Below, piece after piece: positions 15,679 to 20,000 of a stretch of 20,000 nt of DNA. Below the pieces are notes generated by a model, which searched no databases, was not told the origin of the DNA, and worked only from the letters and a program-made list of their open reading frames with translations. Numbering within the stretch: position 1 is the first letter of the stretch; every line of letters begins with the position of its first letter. Origin of the DNA: an uncultured virus (IMG/VR IMGVR_UViG_3300003321_000657) (Duplodnaviria; Heunggongvirae; Uroviricota; Caudoviricetes); the IMG/VR virus record IMGVR_UViG_3300003321_000657. The stretch is one strand, 5' to 3'. The position numbers and the translations under genes were made by a program.

Positions 15679-17004
15679 GTGGCGGCGGATAGTGACCTGC
15701 TGACGATTAAGCAGAGCGAACAGCTCATTCTGCAAGCGCTCGGTATCGACGCGCCCGGGTCGCACTGTCTCTGCCCACTCTGTAAACACAAGGCGCTTCG
15801 CGTCGGCTTGGAGAAGAAAGGCAGCGGCGTCTATCTCTGCCAGTGTATGAAATGCAATGGGGTCAAGGGCGACATCTTCAGCGTCTATAAGCTGGTCCAC
15901 AATCTCGAATTCAAACAGGCGCTGGCGATCTGCTGTGAGAAGCTCGGGATCAAGAACGGGACTGGCGGTGGTTACACGCGCACTCATGGCGTGCGGGCGC
16001 TCGATATCGACACCACGATCGCCGAAGCACAGCACAATCAGGATCAGCTCGAAAGCGAAGCGCCGGAGTCGGCCGAACTCGATATGGCCATGGCCGAGGA
16101 GTTCATCGACACCCATCACCGCTATCTCATGGACACGCAGAGTTGTATCGACACATGGCTCAAAGGTAAGCGCGGGATCTCTGAGGCTGTCGCCGAACAA
16201 TACCGGCTTGGCTTCGTCGAGAACTCCACGATCAAAATGTGGAGTAAAAAACATCAGAGCTGGTTTGATTCATATACTGAGGGCGCGTGGGTCCTTCCGA
16301 TCACGGACTGGCGCGGGAAGCTGCGCGCGATCAAGCTGCACTTCGAAGTCGTCGGCCGCTTCGGTAAGTGCGTCTGGATGCCTGTCGGCAAAGATCCGGA
16401 GAAGCGCTACGTCAGCTACAACACTTTCTGGCCGCACCTTTACTCGCAGTCCAAGTCTCTGCGGCCGGTAAACTTCACCGACGATCCGCTGTGGTGGCTA
16501 TCCAAGCTGCCTGACGGAGAATTGAAAGACCGCTTCGAATCGCAGAAGCAAATCAACGCGTTGACCTTCGCCTACGATCAGAAAAAAGCGGTCGAGGATT
16601 TGACTCCAGCACAGTGGGAGCAAATTATTCGCGAAACGTTTCCTGATTTTCAGAAGGATATCCAGAATGAGATATTGGCGCGCGGAGGCAAAGTCCAGCC
16701 GCCGCGCAATGTCCACGGATGGACGATCTGGGCGCCCGGCGAGCTCAAGGCGCTGGCATACGTGTCGGTGGCGGTGCAGGCGACGGCGCTGACGGCTGGC
16801 GAGGGCTATATCCCGCCGCCCGGCATGCTGCGCTGTTTCCGCGGACGACGCGTGGCGATCAATTGGGACGCCGACGTACCGAAGGTGGATGAGCAGGGGC
16901 AGATCCGCTGCACCGGCCGCGAGTTTGCCCATAAGGCAGTCGACGCATTAAAGAAAACCAGTGGCGTAAGAGAGGTTCGCGCTTTCACATGGGGAAGAAA
17001 ATAG
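15679..17004 (+). CDS. DNA primase-like protein (zinc finger plus incomplete TOPRIM)
   Basis: CPLC..H...CQCMKC..KGDIF...F.QA; WL.GKRGIS..V.EQYRLG; WVLPITD..G....IKL; WAPGELKAL; INWDAD. Confidence 0.82.
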   Translation: MAADSDLLTIKQSEQLILQALGIDAPGSHCLCPLCKHKALRVGLEKKGSGVYLCQCMKCNGVKGDIFSVYKLVHNLEFKQALAICCEKLGIKNGTGGGYTRTHGVRALDIDTTIAEAQHNQDQLESEAPESAELDMAMAEEFIDTHHRYLMDTQSCIDTWLKGKRGISEAVAEQYRLGFVENSTIKMWSKKHQSWFDSYTEGAWVLPITDWRGKLRAIKLHFEVVGRFGKCVWMPVGKDPEKRYVSYNTFWPHLYSQSKSLRPVNFTDDPLWWLSKLPDGELKDRFESQKQINALTFAYDQKKAVEDLTPAQWEQIIRETFPDFQKDIQNEILARGGKVQPPRNVHGWTIWAPGELKALAYVSVAVQATALTAGEGYIPPPGMLRCFRGRRVAINWDADVPKVDEQGQIRCTGREFAHKAVDALKKTSGVREVRAFTWGRK

Positions 17005-17013
17005 GAGGCTACA

Positions 17014-18354
17014 ATGGAAGCGGTTGCAGACATTCGTGACATCGTTCCGATCAAAGAACTCCCTCCCGAAGAATACGAAATCGAGAAATCAAAAAAGAAG
17101 GTGGACGCCAACGACAAGGTCGTCGAGCTCGGACCCTTCGGCGTCCTTGACGCGCTGGCCGAGGCGATCGACGCCCAGCCGCCCGTCTTCCGCGGTAAAT
17201 CCAAGATCGTCTCCCTACGGGATCTGCGGGCGCTCTATCCAAAGATGCGGGACCCCGTGATCGACGGCCTACTGCGCAAGGGCGAGATCATGAATATCAT
17301 TGCCGCGCCCAAGGCCGGTAAGAGCTGGCTAAGCCTTGATCTCACGCTGGCGGTGATTCAGGGCGCGAAGTGGTTCGGAAAATTCGATACGAAGCCCGGC
17401 CGCGTGCTGATCGTCGACAACGAACTGCATAAAGAGACGATCACGTTCCGAACACACGCTTCTGCACAGGCGCGAGCCATAAAACTCGACATGCAGTACG
17501 TCGATGACATGGTCGATTACATCCCTTTGAGGGGTGAATTAGTCGATTTGGAGCGGCTGGCCGACGAGCTGGCGGACATAGAACCGGGCGAGTATCGACT
17601 GATCATTCTCGATGCATTTTACCGGTTCATGCCACCCCGGACCGACGAAAACGACAATGGACAGATGACTAGCCTCTATAACCGTCTGGACTTATACGCA
17701 AACCAGACGGACGCGGCGATCTGCCTGATCCACCACACCACCAAGGGCCTTCAGGGCGGAAAGAAGGTCACCGACGTCGGAGCCGGTGCAGGTGTACAGT
17801 CCCGGGCGACGGACACCCACATGATCCTCCGGCCGCACAAGGAGCCGGACGTGATCGTGCTGGACGCGGCCGTGCGCTCATTCAAGCAGCCGCAGGCGCT
17901 GTGTCTCCGGCGCAAGTTTCCTACGTGGGAGATCGATACCAAGCTCAACCCGGAGGACCTCGAAGGCGTCGGCACCCAGAGCGAATTCACCCAGAACCGG
18001 CAGGTTCGTGAAGTCGAAAAGGAGCGCCTGCTGAACGCGTTGACGTCCTTCAAGACGATCAAGGAGATGGTCGCGATCGCCACCCAGATGGGCCTCAAAC
18101 TGGGCTACGGAGCCATTAACGCCGTCGTGACACAGAACTGGGAGCCCAACGGCCGCGTGGTTGCCCAGACCGGCCAGAAAGGGCCGAAAAAGTACATGAA
18201 ATCCGGCACCCAGCCGTCCACGCAAGTCCAACAAACAGGACCATCAACGGAATCGAACGATTCGGGGCAAGATGAGGCTACGGAATTGAATGAGACCCTT
18301 GATGCTGCGTCGGATTTTACTGAAGAGGAGATTGAAGACGTTCCTCCGTTCTAG
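17014..18354 (+). CDS. RepA-type (AAA_25, RecA-superfamily) replicative helicase
   Basis: AAPKAGKS Walker A, IVDNE, LIILD Walker B, DEND, IHHTTKG, GAGAG; AGGAGG RBS; acidic EDVPPF tail. Confidence 0.92.
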   Translation: MEAVADIRDIVPIKELPPEEYEIEKSKKKVDANDKVVELGPFGVLDALAEAIDAQPPVFRGKSKIVSLRDLRALYPKMRDPVIDGLLRKGEIMNIIAAPKAGKSWLSLDLTLAVIQGAKWFGKFDTKPGRVLIVDNELHKETITFRTHASAQARAIKLDMQYVDDMVDYIPLRGELVDLERLADELADIEPGEYRLIILDAFYRFMPPRTDENDNGQMTSLYNRLDLYANQTDAAICLIHHTTKGLQGGKKVTDVGAGAGVQSRATDTHMILRPHKEPDVIVLDAAVRSFKQPQALCLRRKFPTWEIDTKLNPEDLEGVGTQSEFTQNRQVREVEKERLLNALTSFKTIKEMVAIATQMGLKLGYGAINAVVTQNWEPNGRVVAQTGQKGPKKYMKSGTQPSTQVQQTGPSTESNDSGQDEATELNETLDAASDFTEEEIEDVPPF

Positions 18355-18474
18355 TCAGCGATTTTAGGCAATGTAACATCAAAATCGATGACAATCATGC
18401 TGGAAAAGTGTTGACTTATCGAGAAAACGAAGTACAGGATAGATGTTCAAAATAAGGGTCTGTTCATAAGGAAT

Positions 18475-18564
18475 CGATATCAGTGACATTCAGTTAATCA
18501 TCATCAATATCGATCATTATGTAGTCGATATTGATGATGATTAAGCTAATAGTCACTGATATCG
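18475..18564. repeat. Long palindrome 1 (13-bp and 20-bp perfect arm segments)
   Basis: CGATATCAGTGAC 18475-87/18552-64; TTAATCATCATCAATATCGA 18494-513/18525-44; 11-nt loop. Confidence 0.95.
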
Positions 18565-18571
18565 GAGATAT

Positions 18572-18655
18572 AGTTCCTATAGAACTATGGGTGTTCTAAA
18601 ACACACCCGTGGATAGGGATGTGTTTTAGAACCCGGGATAGTTCTACAAGGAACT
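18572..18655. repeat. Long imperfect palindrome 2
   Basis: AGTTCCT/AGGAACT, TAGAACTAT/ATAGTTCTA, GTTCTAAAACACA/TGTGTTTTAGAAC, CCC/GGG. Confidence 0.92.
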
Positions 18656-18685
18656 CCGGTCGGAAAAGAAAACGGAGAGCAAAAG

Positions 18686-19159
18686 ATGCCAGCGTGGAAG
18701 CGTAAAGATCGGCGGAGTAGTATCGATAATTCACATCGTGATCCAGAGCCACTGGAGAAGGTCATATCGAGTCAGCCACGGGCGGTCTGCCTGTACTATG
18801 CGCTGGTGGAGTATGCGCAGGCGCGCGGCCTGCAAGAGATCTGGTTGACACGCCACCAGATGGCGCGGCTGGTCGGAGTCTCGGCCGGTGGAACGATCAG
18901 CGCTGCGCTCACGAAGCTGGCCAACTCAGCGTGGATCGTGAAGGACGTCTACAACGTCCAGAACGAAGAGACCGGCAACGTCGATCGCAAGATGCGGATC
19001 ACGTTTCACCGCAAATTTGGCGACAAGAAAAACTTTCCCGTCCGGCCGAAGCGCGAGCCCGAGCCGCCCGCCGAGCCATCCACGCCGCCGCAGATCGTGT
19101 CCGGTCCGGAGGTTCTTGAGATCGAAACTCTTGATGATATTCCGGAGGAACAGGCGTGA
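18686..19159 (+). CDS. Winged helix-turn-helix protein (replication-initiator-like N-terminal HTH)
   Basis: AVCLYYAL...LTRHQMARLVGVS..TISAALTKL...WI; GGAG RBS. Confidence 0.75.
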   Translation: MPAWKRKDRRSSIDNSHRDPEPLEKVISSQPRAVCLYYALVEYAQARGLQEIWLTRHQMARLVGVSAGGTISAALTKLANSAWIVKDVYNVQNEETGNVDRKMRITFHRKFGDKKNFPVRPKREPEPPAEPSTPPQIVSGPEVLEIETLDDIPEEQA

Positions 19160-19821
19160 GAGTTATTCTCAACAGAGACGAGTACGCTGGTTACTTGCGT
19201 ACGTTGGTTTGGAAGGAGCTTTGTAAAAAAGCCCTTCGTCGCGCTAGATATCGCTGTCAGTGTTGTTATAGCAAAAGGAATCTTCGCGTTCACCATCGGA
19301 CGTATTGCCGTCTCGGTCGAGAACGCGCCTCTGATTTAACCGTCGTCTGTCGACGTTGTCATCGCATTATGCACGCCACTGGATGCGCGCCGAGTTTGAG
19401 TCGCGCGCTAAAGATCAATGAACAGTTGTACGGAAAAATCAACCCTCAAGTCATTGAGAGACAGATGGAAAAAGCAGAGCGCTTTGCAATCTTAATAAAG
19501 ACTCTCAATGGAAAGAGAATGCAGAAACCAGATCTGATTAAGCTAATCCTGTGCAGAACTCGGAAATGGTCGTACGGACAACTTTCAAGGGCATTCGATC
19601 GCCTCGAATGGGAGCACAGAGTATTTGTCCGAGTGGAACATTTACGCAATGTCTTCGAAGTAAAAAAGGGGATTGAGAATGATTGGAGTCTTAAAACTAT
19701 TCCAGCCGGAGACGGCTCATGCGATCGGCAAGTGGGCGATGAAGCATCGCCTCCGGGCGCCCGGCCGGTATCGAGTCGTGACGGAGCGTGTGCAGCACAG
19801 TCCCGGCAGCTACAAAGTTGA
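19156..19821 (+). CDS. HNH endonuclease
   Basis: YL.T..W......RA.YRCQCC....L.VHH.TY..LG.E...DL..VC..CH...H. Confidence 0.88.
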   Translation: MRVILNRDEYAGYLRTLVWKELCKKALRRARYRCQCCYSKRNLRVHHRTYCRLGRERASDLTVVCRRCHRIMHATGCAPSLSRALKINEQLYGKINPQVIERQMEKAERFAILIKTLNGKRMQKPDLIKLILCRTRKWSYGQLSRAFDRLEWEHRVFVRVEHLRNVFEVKKGIENDWSLKTIPAGDGSCDRQVGDEASPPGARPVSSRDGACAAQSRQLQS

Positions 19822-20000
19822 CTGGCCGACGAAGTATCAGCTTTTCGGCAATTCAATCGATAACCCCTTCGGCCTTGCGGCCGGGTTCGACAAGAACGGC
19901 GAACTGGTGGACGTCATCCGTGACTACGGCTTCGGCTTCATGGAAGTCGGCAGCGTCACCTACCGCGGCGGCAAAGGCAATCCGCGGCCGCGCCTCTTCC
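19679..20000 (+). CDS. pyrD: Class-2 (quinone) dihydroorotate dehydrogenase, 5' part (runs off the window; not in ORF track)
   Basis: Manual translation from ATG 19679: ...PETAH...[13 protein letters not shown]...[11 protein letters not shown]...GNPRPRLF. Confidence 0.93.
   Translation, partial: MIGVLKLFQPETAHAIGKWAMKHRLRAPGRYRVVTERVQHSPGSYKVDWPTKYQLFGNSIDNPFGLAAGFDKNGELVDVIRDYGFGFMEVGSVTYRGGKGNPRPRLF

Larger units (their letters stand above)
1..20000 (+). mobile_element. Phage/prophage early-middle (recombination/replication) gene module
   Basis: Dense co-oriented short ORFs with overlapping start/stop codons and typical phage families (Dam, DUF1064, ASCH, primase, RepA helicase, HNH). No structural genes, integrase or att site in the window. 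Confidence 0.9.

Noticed and set aside
18475..18655. CRISPR array or transposon terminal repeats
   Set aside because: These are self-complementary palindromes, not spaced direct repeats; there is no transposase or target-site duplication.
302..19856. All minus-strand ORFs in the track (e.g. 6170-7042, 13669-14331, 15559-16254)
   Set aside because: They are shadows of well-supported + strand genes in GC-rich DNA, with no motifs or RBS.
1..20000. Genome-wide TAG recoding
   Set aside because: Only one informative TAG (17002); the TAG at 18352 follows a natural-looking EDVPPF terminus, and standard-code coding density is already high.
1..20000. Frequent GATC/CGATCG words as a HIP1-like signal or methylase target
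   Set aside because: Plausibly due to ATC/GAT/GAC codon usage; the full GCGATCGC was noticed only about twice. It needs a codon-aware statistic that I cannot run.

Overview
A 20-kb stretch of a tailed-phage or prophage early/replication region. About 45 tightly packed CDSs all lie on the + strand, many coupled by ATGA/TGATG overlaps. Recognisable genes include a phage Dam-type adenine methylase, a DUF1064 nuclease, an ASCH/DUF3850 protein, a MazG-like/ubiquitin-like fusion, an SF2 helicase, an XRE HTH protein, an MmcB-like nuclease, a zinc-finger/TOPRIM primase with a RepA-type (AAA_25) helicase, a winged-HTH protein and an HNH nuclease. The window ends in the 5' part of a class-2 dihydroorotate dehydrogenase (pyrD) that the ORF track misses. 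Highlights: (1) a candidate phage ubiquitin-like conjugation set (a GGG-ending protein, a MazG-Ubl fusion and an adjacent Cys-domain protein); (2) a primase-helicase split by one in-frame TAG inside the TOPRIM fold; (3) an attenuator/antisense-like RNA switch at about 12.2-12.45 kb; (4) twin ~90-bp palindromes after the helicase; (5) a tRNA-shaped RNA at 601-775; (6) pyrD as a possible auxiliary metabolic gene. Family names come from motif recognition only; no searches were run.
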